In this document: positions 19,716 through 29,329 of the stretch, in pieces | Layout of the letters: each line of letters starts with the position of its first letter | Numbering within the stretch: position 1 is the stretch's first letter | Position numbers and translations under genes: made by a program | The notes under the pieces: generated by a model | Told to the model about the DNA's origin: nothing | The model's database searches: none | Seen by the model: only the letters and a program-made list of their open reading frames with translations | From: Promethearchaeota archaeon | GTDB taxonomy: Archaea; Asgardarchaeota; Lokiarchaeia; Sigyniarchaeales; SOKP01 | Assembly (NCBI GenBank): GCA_019894975.1 | Contig: JAGXNO010000001.1 | Span: 1 to 64,000 of the forward strand | Reading direction: 5' to 3' | Length of the DNA stretch: 64,000 nucleotides

Positions 19716-20744
19716 TCATGTTTCTTTTGTTTTTTTCATTGAATCAAGAGGATTTAATGTATGAAGAATAACCTTTTTTTTATGACGGATGATAGTATAG
19801 AATATAGAAACCATTACAAGAACAGTTATAACAATACCTAAGATTGCGACGCCGTAATCGCTTGTAATCCAGTTTAATAATGGTACCCATGGAGATGTTA
19901 AGTTATCTAACCAAGATTCTCCATTCTGATCAATTAAAACTCGTTCTAAACCATCTGGAGCACCAGATAATATTCCAATAGTGAAACCTACTGCTATCAT
20001 CACTATTAAAGTCACGATTACTGTTAAAATTGAAGTTATTGGTCTTTTATACTTGGAAATATTTATTTTTACAACTTTATTCATCATAATCGATTCTGTC
20101 ATAACTAAATCTGGCTTAACTCTACATATATAGAAAATTATTAATGCAGAGATAATGGCTTCGCCAAAACCAATCAATAAGTGCCAGTAAACCATTGCAG
20201 GGATTGCAATTTCAAATGGTACTGCTCCAGAGATACTTAATTCAATACCACATATAAAAGCAGCTAAGATTATTGAAATATATGCTCCAATCGCAGTTCC
20301 AATGGTTAATTTCAATTCTTTTCGGATTGAAGTTTTATTTAGAATTTTTACTATAAACATAACAATGTAGAATCCAAAAATACCACCAATTATCCCCATA
20401 TTGAATGTATTCGCTCCTAAGGCAAGAATACCTCCATCTCCAAATAAACTTTGGACAACTAAAACTAAGAAGAGAATTATAACTGAAGCCCAGGGACCTA
20501 AAATTACAGCAATTAAAGTACCTCCAATTAAATGACCAGAAGTACCCCCCGGAACAGGATAATTTACAAACTGAAAAGCAAATATTACTGCTGCTAATAC
20601 TCCTATGTAGGGAACAATTTTTTCAGAATCTTCTTTTTCAAATATTTTCCCTATTTTATTATACCCAAAAATCATAACTATTATAACGATGACCCAAAGG
20701 ACTATAATAGTTGCAGGATTTAATAATCCATCCGGTAAATGCAT
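19716..20744 (-). CDS. cbiM: Ni/Co ECF transporter S component, CbiM/NikM fused to PDGLE (NikN) domain
   Basis: N-terminal MHLPDG, GTSGHLIG, GDGGILALGAN, PDGLE. Confidence 0.93.
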   Translation of the reverse strand: MHLPDGLLNPATIIVLWVIVIIVMIFGYNKIGKIFEKEDSEKIVPYIGVLAAVIFAFQFVNYPVPGGTSGHLIGGTLIAVILGPWASVIILFLVLVVQSLFGDGGILALGANTFNMGIIGGIFGFYIVMFIVKILNKTSIRKELKLTIGTAIGAYISIILAAFICGIELSISGAVPFEIAIPAMVYWHLLIGFGEAIISALIIFYICRVKPDLVMTESIMMNKVVKINISKYKRPITSILTVIVTLIVMIAVGFTIGILSGAPDGLERVLIDQNGESWLDNLTSPWVPLLNWITSDYGVAILGIVITVLVMVSIFYTIIRHKKKVILHTLNPLDSMKKTKET

Positions 20745-20877
20745 TTTTATTTCATAAAAGATAATTTTTTTTGGAGTGATAAATTAGAATGTTACTAAAT
20801 CATAAAAAAGTATGAAAAATTAAAAATATTACTATTTTTCAAAAAAATATGAAAATAATGGATGAGTTGATTACAAT

Positions 20878-21681
20878 TTGAAAACAACCTTACCTTTTAG
20901 GCTTGAAAACGAAAGAATGTATCTAAGAAAAATTCATCCTTTAACTCGATTGATTTTACCATTTATTTGTGTAATACCTTTTGTTCTATTAAATGATATT
21001 TACCTAGTATTTTCTATTTTATTAGTCGTCTTTGTCACTGCTTTAATTTTAAGGTTAAAAATATTAGATATCTTTTCACGATTAAAATTGGTAATTCCAA
21101 TTGTATTTTTACTCACAATCTTCATTCCTTTATACGTGGGAGATATCGTTCTTTATCAATTCAATATAGGAATTAGGATTACCGTATTTAAGGAAGGATT
21201 CATCCTTGCTTCTTTGATATTTTTCAGAGTTTTTGGTGCTTTGTTTGTGTTTATGTCTTTTTTCTCCACCTTAACTTATTCTGAATTTATAGACGCTTTA
21301 ACAAAGTTAAGAATACCTTCCATTTTTGTAGGCTCTTTAATAATTATGTTACATTATATACCTATCTTAGCAAAATCAAATGCTAAAATACTGGAAGCAC
21401 AGGAAATGCGTGGTAAAAATATCTCTACTTACTATCAAAAATTGAAAATTCATGCTTTTATCATGGGAAAGAGCATTGTAACAAATATGGAGAGAAGTGA
21501 AAAATTATATGAAAGTTTAAAAATGCGAGGTTTTTCAGGGAAAATAACATTTACACAGAAGAAATTTAGCTTAATCGATATAGGATTTTTTACTTTTTTC
21601 ATTGTATTACTGGTTTTTATGATTTTTATTTTAGATTTACAATCAATATATCAAGGTGTGATTACATTATTTTTGCCCTAG
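20878..21681 (+). CDS. cbiQ: ECF transporter T component CbiQ/NikQ
   Basis: IHPLTRL, AQEMRG and SLKMRGF X-Arg-X motifs. Confidence 0.88.
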   Translation: MKTTLPFRLENERMYLRKIHPLTRLILPFICVIPFVLLNDIYLVFSILLVVFVTALILRLKILDIFSRLKLVIPIVFLLTIFIPLYVGDIVLYQFNIGIRITVFKEGFILASLIFFRVFGALFVFMSFFSTLTYSEFIDALTKLRIPSIFVGSLIIMLHYIPILAKSNAKILEAQEMRGKNISTYYQKLKIHAFIMGKSIVTNMERSEKLYESLKMRGFSGKITFTQKKFSLIDIGFFTFFIVLLVFMIFILDLQSIYQGVITLFLP

Positions 21682-22418
21682 AAGTTGAAGATTTAAATTT
21701 TGGTTATAAAGAAGGATTTAAAATTGATAATCTTTCTTTTAAAATAGAAGAAAACTCAATCTATGCCTTAACAGGTAATAATGGTTCAGGTAAGACCACA
21801 TTATTAAGATTGTTGGTAGGATTACTAAAACCAAAATCTGGTTCAATTAAGATTTTTGATAGAACTCTCACAAGAGGTAAACAAGACTTATGGGAGATGA
21901 GACAATCAATTGGTTTTTTATTTCAAAATCCAGATGATCAACTTTTTGCTCCAACAATTGAAGAAGATATTAGCTTTGGAGCAAGGAACATGAAACTTGA
22001 AGAGGATAAAGTAAAGGAAAGGGTGAACTGGGCTTTAAAAGCAGTTGATTTGGAGAGTTTTAGAAATTATTCACCCTTTAACCTTTCATGGGGCCAAAAG
22101 AAGAGAGCCGCTCTTGCGGGGGTTTTAGTAATGAAACCAAAATTACTAATTTTAGATGAACCCTTTGCAAACCTTGATTTTACTTCAATTTATAATCACT
22201 TAAAGATTATTGAGAAATTAAGAAAAGATAACAATATTACAACATTGTTCACTACACATAATCTATTCTTCGTTGAAAACTGGGCAGAAAAAGTTATGGT
22301 GTTAAATGAAGGAAAGATCGTTTTTAAAGGGAATCCTCTCGAAGGTTTAAAAAATTCGAGTATAAGGCAAATCTTAGGTTCCTATGAAGATATTCTCTCA
22401 TTACTGAAAAAAGAATAA
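21666..22418 (+). CDS. cbiO: ECF transporter ATPase CbiO/NikO (probable ATT start)
   Basis: Walker A GNNGSGKTT lies upstream of the ORF-track start (21810); FQNPDDQLF, LSWGQKKR, LDEP; AGGTGTGA precedes ATT 21666/21669. Confidence 0.88.
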   Translation: MIFALEVEDLNFGYKEGFKIDNLSFKIEENSIYALTGNNGSGKTTLLRLLVGLLKPKSGSIKIFDRTLTRGKQDLWEMRQSIGFLFQNPDDQLFAPTIEEDISFGARNMKLEEDKVKERVNWALKAVDLESFRNYSPFNLSWGQKKRAALAGVLVMKPKLLILDEPFANLDFTSIYNHLKIIEKLRKDNNITTLFTTHNLFFVENWAEKVMVLNEGKIVFKGNPLEGLKNSSIRQILGSYEDILSLLKKE

Positions 22419-22434
22419 TAAAAGGAGAAAAATT

Positions 22435-22750
22435 GGAAAAATGGCATAGATTTCGCCTAAAGACACTAACACTATATTTTCATTTTAGGGTATTACCTTT
22501 AAAATCCAATATGTTCTCTCGTGTTAGGCATTTATCTCTATGCGCGAATGGGACCATAATCATGTCTCCTGCGTACTGACTCAAGCCTCATCGCCATGGT
22601 ATCCACCGTTGCTAGGCAAAGAGCCCATTTGTACAGGATTATAACTGATTAATTAACTCCGAATTTACGCGTCATTTTGCACTGCATATTCATTTTTTAG
22701 TCATATGAGTCCTCGAAAACGCAATTTGTTCCGTCATTGTTCTCCCATTA
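22435..22750 (-). ncRNA. Putative structured non-coding RNA of unknown family (~310 nt)
   Basis: No ORF; GC higher than neighbouring intergenic DNA; several nested helices; TATA-like TTTTTAAT upstream and T-rich tract downstream on the minus strand. Confidence 0.55.
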
Positions 22751-22784
22751 TTATAGAATAAAGGCATGATTAAAAATATTGTCA

Positions 22785-23282
22785 TTACGAAGAGAACGGG
22801 AATGGCTCTTTTTTATTTATCCCCTTAATTTTATCTTCAATTCTAGAAATTAAACTTGTCAAACATTCAAAGAGTATTTTTTTTATCTGTTCAAATGTAA
22901 CATCGATTTCTATGTCATTATCATTACGAAAATCATCATCTTTATAAAATGCTTTAAACACATTTCTAGTCTTAAGAATTTTATAAGAACTATCTACTAT
23001 AAACGCATACATACTTTCACTTTCGTATTCTTTATTTATAATTAGCGAGAGCATAGCATCCTCTTTTTTCCCCCTTGCCCATTCAGATGGAATTTCGAAA
23101 TGGAAATTTATAATTTTCTTTTTCTTTGTAATTAGAATTATTTCAAAAAAAGTCTCATCAATTTCTAAATCGAAAAACTTTTTCAATTTAGTTATGAGAT
23201 CTTCCTCTAACTTCTCATCAGGATAAGATAATAATACACTTGGGCCTAATACTTGGTTAAAATAAGTTAAAACTAAGTGGAT
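22785..23282 (-). CDS. Longin/uDENN-like domain protein (probable ATC start)
   Basis: Upstream in-frame extension IHLVLTYFNQVLGPSVLLSYP fits the F-x3-4-GP-x5-P longin/uDENN N-terminal pattern; AGGTGA SD containing an in-frame TGA lies 6 nt before the ATC. Confidence 0.55.
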   Translation of the reverse strand: MHLVLTYFNQVLGPSVLLSYPDEKLEEDLITKLKKFFDLEIDETFFEIILITKKKKIINFHFEIPSEWARGKKEDAMLSLIINKEYESESMYAFIVDSSYKILKTRNVFKAFYKDDDFRNDNDIEIDVTFEQIKKILFECLTSLISRIEDKIKGINKKEPFPFSS

Positions 23283-23315
23283 TACGTCTCACCTTTAATT
23301 TCTTACATTATTGGA

Positions 23316-23792
23316 TTATAATAATCCTACACTATCGGATCTAAACAATTCTCTAATTTCTTTGCTTATTTCACCTTGATCATCTTGTAAATAGCGATTT
23401 AGAATGACTGTAATTTTTGGAACCCACTTTTTCATTACCGCAATTATAAATCCTATTTGAACTTTCTTATCAGTACTTATACATAATACTCCTTTACCAA
23501 CTTTCATGGAAAATATCATCCCTTCAAAATACTCCGTAATTTGTAGAGATATATTTCCATATCCTAAGATATGTCCTTGTTCCTCCCCGGCAATAAAGAC
23601 CGCACCCCCAATCGCACCAATCTTCTCAACTGAAATGCTTTCATTTTCAGAAAAAGTAAATTTTGATTGACTCATAATAGTTATTCCCGTATCGTCAGTT
23701 ATTATAGCGTACTTTAATCCGGGAGTACTATTTATAATAGTATTTAGAATTTTCTTCAATTTAATCTCATCTTCAGAATAACTCAAGCGCAA
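23316..23792 (-). CDS. Roadblock/LC7 domain protein
   Basis: GLKYAIITDDTGITIMS, IGAIGGAVF, final strand-helix VQIGFI. Confidence 0.8.
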   Translation of the reverse strand: MRLSYSEDEIKLKKILNTIINSTPGLKYAIITDDTGITIMSQSKFTFSENESISVEKIGAIGGAVFIAGEEQGHILGYGNISLQITEYFEGMIFSMKVGKGVLCISTDKKVQIGFIIAVMKKWVPKITVILNRYLQDDQGEISKEIRELFRSDSVGLL

Positions 23793-23995
23793 GTCAACCT
23801 ACAATCTAATATATCTGTAATCAACAGTCGTTTTTAATTTATAAAAATAGTTATTTAAACTTAACTTTATATTTTTAGCTCACATCTACTTTAGTATTAG
23901 AAGAAATTAATATTATAAAAATTTAAGTAAACTGTTTGTTTTTCTACGGCTCGTAATAAAAAACACTCTTTCTTAGTATTCTTTATTATTGTATT

Positions 23996-24331
23996 TTAGA
24001 AAAGGTCCTGTGATTTAATTAAACTCTTCAATGGTTTTAATCGACTTTTATAATCTTTTGATTTCTCAAGTAAAATTAAGAGCCTATAGTTTTTTGACTT
24101 GTCTAAATCCTTTTTAATTTTAACTAGCTGAGAATCTTCAATAAAATCTCTATTTTTGGTAATAGCAGATAATGCTAAAGTATTTTCAAGAATCCATAAT
24201 TTTTTAGAAATTTTTGACGCTACTGGGAACCCATGAGAATCTGTAATGATCCCAGCAACGAAATTTGGAAAATTTTTTTCAATCCGATATAAAAAATAAT
24301 TCACTTCATTTTGGTTTAGTATATCTCCCAA
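23996..24331 (-). CDS. Roadblock/LC7-like protein
   Basis: FVAGIITDSHGFPVAS motif. Confidence 0.6.
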   Translation of the reverse strand: MGDILNQNEVNYFLYRIEKNFPNFVAGIITDSHGFPVASKISKKLWILENTLALSAITKNRDFIEDSQLVKIKKDLDKSKNYRLLILLEKSKDYKSRLKPLKSLIKSQDLF

Positions 24332-24555
24332 TTCGAAAACACCTAATCTTCTAGTAATATCAAACCGATAGGATAGAAATAATAAAATTAAGTCATTAAA
24401 TGTTATATTATGAAGATGATATGTTAGTGAGTAATGATAATATCCTCTTTAGTGCTATATGTTTAGATCCTAACTGAAATTTTTCAGTTCTAAAAACATC
24501 GGAATTGAAAAATTCTTTCAGAAAAAGTAATAATCCTTATTCTCAGTAATTTTGT

Positions 24556-25524
24556 TTATTTTTGATTCCGTTTTAAGGAGATACCTAAGTTTAGATTCTC
24601 TACAAGTTCACTAAAGCGATTTCGAACTGTAACTTCTGTAACACAACTGACTCGCGCTATGCTTCTCTGCGTTCTACGTTCATTCGTTAGGATGCTTGAA
24701 GCATAAATTGCGGCAGCGCATACACCTGTAGGGCCCCTTCCTGAAGTTAAACCTCGTCTCTCTGCCATTCTTATAATGCCTTTAGCCGTTTTTTGGCATT
24801 TTGTTGTTAGATCCAACTCTGAAATAAATCTGGTTAGAAAATCAATAGGTTTAGTTGGATTTAGGTTTAATACTAATTCATTTGAGATAAATCTGAAAGA
24901 TCTACTGATTTCCTTTTTGTCTACACGAGCAACTTCAGCTATCTCACTTAACGTACGTGGAACTTTAAACATTCTGCATGCAGCATATAAACTAGCTGCA
25001 GCTACCCCTTCTATACTCCTCCCACGAATAAGATGAGCTTCAACAGCATCACGGTAAATTTTTGCAGCACACTCCCTCAAATTTTTTTGAAGGTCTAGGT
25101 TAGAGGCCATTCTATCAAGTTCACTTAATGCAAAAATAAGATTTCTCTCTGTTGCATCAGAAACTCTGATACGACTTTGCCACTTCCGAAGACGATATAT
25201 TTGACCCCGTAATTTAGCAGGTATTTCTTTACCAAAGATATCTCGATTTTTCCAATCTATCATTGTACTAAGACCTTTATCGTGTATCATGTATGTCATG
25301 GGAGCTCCAGTCCTAGTTCTCTTCATTTTTTGATCGGCATCAAAAGCCCGCCATTCTGGGCCATGATCAATATGGTTTTCAGAATGTACTAAGCCACATT
25401 CTTCACAAACTAATAAACCTCGGTTTTCATCAAAAGAAATTGTATTTCCACATTCTGCGCATAGATTAGTATGTATGCTTAAAATTTCATCGGATTCGTG
25501 TTTTAAATCTCTCCAATTTGAAAT
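24556..25524 (-). CDS. tfb: Transcription initiation factor IIB (probable ATT start)
   Basis: Zn ribbon CAECG...VCEECG and [10 protein letters not shown] lie upstream of the ORF-track ATG (25326), in frame; cyclin repeats [18 protein letters not shown]; GGAAGGTG-TAA-TTT-ATT at the start. Confidence 0.95.
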   Translation of the reverse strand: MSNWRDLKHESDEILSIHTNLCAECGNTISFDENRGLLVCEECGLVHSENHIDHGPEWRAFDADQKMKRTRTGAPMTYMIHDKGLSTMIDWKNRDIFGKEIPAKLRGQIYRLRKWQSRIRVSDATERNLIFALSELDRMASNLDLQKNLRECAAKIYRDAVEAHLIRGRSIEGVAAASLYAACRMFKVPRTLSEIAEVARVDKKEISRSFRFISNELVLNLNPTKPIDFLTRFISELDLTTKCQKTAKGIIRMAERRGLTSGRGPTGVCAAAIYASSILTNERRTQRSIARVSCVTEVTVRNRFSELVENLNLGISLKRNQK

Positions 25525-25579
25525 AAATTACACCTTCCTTTATTAAATTTATATTTATTATTAAGAGACAGATAAAAAA

Positions 25580-25831
25580 CTAGGGTAGTTTGGTATAGAC
25601 CTTTAAATTGGGATCAAACTGTTGATCAGGCAAGTCTTTGATTGAAATAAATGGCAAGTCAACTGGACCGAAGATATCCTTCACATAACCAATTTTCTCA
25701 TATTTTTCATTATAAACAGGCTGTCTAAATACTTTTTCAAGATTCTTATTCCACTGTTTTGCTCTAAAAATTTGATGTTTTTTAGATTTTCCAATATAGA
25801 ATAGATTTAATTTAACCCAGTCTTTTTTCAA
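25580..25831 (-). CDS. gar1: H/ACA RNP protein Gar1/Naf1
   Basis: VYN...KIGYVKDIFGPVDLPFISIK; typical gar1-tfb linkage. Confidence 0.85.
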   Translation of the reverse strand: MKKDWVKLNLFYIGKSKKHQIFRAKQWNKNLEKVFRQPVYNEKYEKIGYVKDIFGPVDLPFISIKDLPDQQFDPNLKVYTKLP

Positions 25832-26068
25832 GAGATTCCCTTACTTGGGGGTTTAAAATTAAAATAAAAGATGGTGGGTAACATTTAAACATAATGGTTT
25901 TTCATACAAAAATGGCAATTAATACCTTACTATATTAAACACCGTTTTCAATTCAAATATTCCTCGAATTAGAGTGAATTTTTTCGAATTTTATTTAAGC
26001 TTTCATTAATAAATTAAGAGATAATTGTTTAGAAACTTCTTAAAGGGATAGTGGAATATTTATAAAAT

Positions 26069-27169
26069 TTAGTGAAAGAGTTTTTCAAATTGATATTGTC
26101 TTTTACATCCACATTCATATTCAGGTTCATCGAGAACATTTAAATCTTGAGAAAGAACAAATTCTCTAAGTTTGTTTAATGACGATTTCTCACATTCTCT
26201 TTTTAAACAGTTATGGATACCTCTTTTTGTTGAAGCACCGGAAGGATCTGACAATATACGTGTATGTTTTAATTTATCTTTATCTAATGATTTTTTCAAG
26301 ACTTTAAAGAGGGAATAATACCAAGGAGGTCTGTACCTATTTTGCATATATAGACTTTCAACTAGAGTGCCTTTTTGAATATTTACGGGATTTATAGATA
26401 TTGTATTAACACCCAAGTCTATTAAATTATTGATCGAACTAATGCAATCATCAATCGCTCCTTGTTCATTAAGAAAGGGTGGTTTCAATAATAAATACGT
26501 TTTTACACCAATATTATTTTCTTTGCAAATATTCAAAACAGTCTTAAAATCATTAAATAACATACCTTTATTGATGTAATGATTCCTAATATAATCATTC
26601 ACAGTTTCAACTCCAATTGCTATTTCTATATGTTTATTTTTTAAATTGTCTTTCAATTCCGTTAATCTATCAGAAGTTATATATTCTATTCGACTTTCTA
26701 TCACAACTTCCTTTATCTTGTCTAATTCTTCAATTTTTTCATATATATGTAGTCTGGCTTCATCAGATATTTCATTTTCATCAAAAAAACTCCCAGAATT
26801 GAAAACTTTTAAGCTAAAATTATCTTCATCACTGTTGATTTCTTTAATTTTACTGTTAAATGCATAATCAAACTGTTTTATAATATTTCCTGAGTTAACA
26901 TTTTCAATATTCGCATCTTGGATATATCCACACATTGTACAACCCCCAGATTCTCCTAAAGACCAACTACAACCTTTGGTTCTTAAAATAATTGTGAATT
27001 CTTGTCCTATTTCATTCAACAACCTGTCTTTTTTTAACCAAAAACTTATCGGTTGTTCTAATGCTTGTGGTCTCAAATTACTTCTCTTATTTAAAGCCCT
27101 TTGCCTTAAATGTTTAATTTTTTCCAATAAAAATAAATCACTCTCAACTTTTTTCATAGATCTCAACAA
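26069..27169 (-). CDS. raSEA: Archaeosine biosynthesis radical SAM enzyme RaSEA
   Basis: ILRTKGCSW...GCTMCGY, SGSFFD, ESR, YLLLKPPFL, YRPPW, RGIHNC; adjacent to arcS. Confidence 0.88.
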   Translation of the reverse strand: MLRSMKKVESDLFLLEKIKHLRQRALNKRSNLRPQALEQPISFWLKKDRLLNEIGQEFTIILRTKGCSWSLGESGGCTMCGYIQDANIENVNSGNIIKQFDYAFNSKIKEINSDEDNFSLKVFNSGSFFDENEISDEARLHIYEKIEELDKIKEVVIESRIEYITSDRLTELKDNLKNKHIEIAIGVETVNDYIRNHYINKGMLFNDFKTVLNICKENNIGVKTYLLLKPPFLNEQGAIDDCISSINNLIDLGVNTISINPVNIQKGTLVESLYMQNRYRPPWYYSLFKVLKKSLDKDKLKHTRILSDPSGASTKRGIHNCLKRECEKSSLNKLREFVLSQDLNVLDEPEYECGCKRQYQFEKLFH

Positions 27170-29222
27170 CCTTTCCCGTTTTTGAATTCTTTAAGTAATT
27201 TGCCCCAACAACAAGCTTTCCTACCCCTATAATATTATTTCTTAATTTATCAATAACAGCAACATAATTTCCTGGAATTAGATCTAAACTATAATCTATA
27301 ACTCCTATTCGAAACAGATTATTTCCCCGAATAGTTTCTCCATCAAAAATAATCATATTTGAATCTAATGAAAATGGTTTTTGAGTTATACTCTTCATTC
27401 CATTAATTGTTATGCTTACTTGACCCGTTGAAGCGTTAAATGTACCAATATTTTGTTTTGTGTTCATATCTTTGAAATTTATTCTATTATTAGCTTTATT
27501 TTTTTTCAATACTAAATCATTTTTTATTATTTTGTTTCCAGAGCCAATACCAAATTGATAATCCAATATTTTTATGAATTTTCGAATCCAAGTTTTTGAT
27601 AAATAATTACCCTTTGCCATCTCTTTTTTAGGGTTATAATCGTTTATATGTTCTTGTATAATCTCTTCAAGAACTTGAAGAGATTCATTTGAAGTAGGAT
27701 TTTCTTTCACAACAGAAAAAAATAATTCATGTTCCAGATTTTGGTTAATTTTTTTCACTATTTCAAGAGATTCTCCTTCAAGATGGCAAATGATAGGGAT
27801 CGATTTATCATATTTATTTAAAAGAGATAAAAGCATTTCTGAGGTAATTTTTTTTTCCTCCTCATCCCAATTCCCAGTGACAGAGATGTCATATGAATTA
27901 ACTGGATAAATATCTTCCAATTGTCTAGGAATTGCTCCAAGAGGAGAAGTAATAATAATTTCTTGAAAATTGGGAAATTCTGGAAATTTCCTTATTGATT
28001 TGGAAAATTTTTTGTGTGATTTGGAACTAGAATAAGGTTTTTTCGCAGAACAGGGGAGTAGGATGATTAAATTAGTCCATGCTTCTGGTTCAAAATTTGT
28101 TATAGTTCTCTTCCTAAATTCTTTAAAATCAGGTCTATGATATGAGGACTGGCCTAAACATATAATTTTTTTATCCTTTTGAGTGATCGGAGTTTCATAT
28201 CTTACTAGTTTAAAGTATTCTTTATCTAATATTTTCAATGTTGAGATTATATTAATATCATCTAAAGATGATTTTTCAACAAATGCACGATAATCCTCGT
28301 ATCGAAGATATTGCTTAATTTTCCTCATATAATTATTAGCTGAAATTAAATTATGCAAGCATAGTAGGTCTGTCTTCTCTTGAGAATACTTTACTTCAAA
28401 CAAATTTTTTAAGTCTCCTTTACAAGCAACACAAGAACAAGGTAAATATTTAACTTTATAAATTGGGAGTAAATATTCTATTGTATCATAGAAATCTTCC
28501 GCTGACAAAAAGAGTAGAAATGTCGTATCAATTAAGTCCACTCCTAAGTAAACTAGAATCGGATAGAATTTAGGTAAAATCTTACCTGAAGCCATTATAA
28601 TAAGGTTATTATCTAACCTATTTTTTATCGTAATAATTGTGCTAATATTATTCCTAAAATTGCCAAAATTATCGAAAATTCCAAGGAGATTTAAAATTTT
28701 GATGTTTTCATTTGCTTTTATCACTGGTAAATATAATTCTAATAATTCAGAATAATCGAAAAGTCTTATTGACAATCCAAAGTTGATTTTAGGATGGTGT
28801 TCTAATATTCTCTCAACATTTTTGAGGTATATTTCTATTTCTCTTTCTGCAAAATCTCTGCCAATAGTAGTTGTGGGGATGTTGAAGGGAATGATTGATA
28901 AAACATTGTCGTCTGAAAAAATTTCTAAATTGTTCTCTAATATACTTTCAAATTTATCTAATGTTCCCGGATGTGTAAAAATAAATCCAGTGTCCTTAAA
29001 TTTTTCTCGTAGAAATCCGATTTTCAAGAAAATCTCTTTAGAAATTATAAAAAGATTATGATCTTCAAATTCCTGTAAAAAAGTAAAGTTCATCAGCACA
29101 CTCTTTATCGGAATAGCCACGTTTGGGGTTCTAATAAAGAGTTTTTTATCTTTAGAGAAATTCACCCGTCCTATTCTTGAAAAACCAATTCTGTTTTCTA
29201 ATAATTCAAAAAAATTGCTCAT
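27144..29222 (-). CDS. arcS: Archaeosine synthase alpha subunit (ArcS/TgtA2) with PUA domain
   Basis: TGT-like N-terminus with CSCVAC...HN, LLPCSAKKPYSSSKSH, TSPLGAIPRQLE, YDISVTGNW, C-terminal PUA. Confidence 0.88.
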   Translation of the reverse strand: MSNFFELLENRIGFSRIGRVNFSKDKKLFIRTPNVAIPIKSVLMNFTFLQEFEDHNLFIISKEIFLKIGFLREKFKDTGFIFTHPGTLDKFESILENNLEIFSDDNVLSIIPFNIPTTTIGRDFAEREIEIYLKNVERILEHHPKINFGLSIRLFDYSELLELYLPVIKANENIKILNLLGIFDNFGNFRNNISTIITIKNRLDNNLIIMASGKILPKFYPILVYLGVDLIDTTFLLFLSAEDFYDTIEYLLPIYKVKYLPCSCVACKGDLKNLFEVKYSQEKTDLLCLHNLISANNYMRKIKQYLRYEDYRAFVEKSSLDDINIISTLKILDKEYFKLVRYETPITQKDKKIICLGQSSYHRPDFKEFRKRTITNFEPEAWTNLIILLPCSAKKPYSSSKSHKKFSKSIRKFPEFPNFQEIIITSPLGAIPRQLEDIYPVNSYDISVTGNWDEEEKKITSEMLLSLLNKYDKSIPIICHLEGESLEIVKKINQNLEHELFFSVVKENPTSNESLQVLEEIIQEHINDYNPKKEMAKGNYLSKTWIRKFIKILDYQFGIGSGNKIIKNDLVLKKNKANNRINFKDMNTKQNIGTFNASTGQVSITINGMKSITQKPFSLDSNMIIFDGETIRGNNLFRIGVIDYSLDLIPGNYVAVIDKLRNNIIGVGKLVVGANYLKNSKTGKVVEIYEKS

Positions 29223-29329
29223 TCTAATCGATAAATTAAATATTATTCACTTTAAGTTATCTTATTACCCAAAACTATTAAGAATTTAGTAAAAATTTAG
29301 GAAATAAAATTAAAAGAATTACGGTGATA

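Noticed and set aside
22435-22750. RNase P RNA or SRP RNA
   Set aside because: The size fits, but I could not find the GAGGAAAGUCC-type CR-I/P4 or the SRP helix-8 (CAGG..GRRA..AGCA) motifs; left unassigned.
24400-24490. C/D-box sRNA (ATGAAGA...CTGA)
   Set aside because: Boxes are degenerate and poorly spaced; the CTGA is part of a simple palindrome AACTGAAA/TTTCAGTT.
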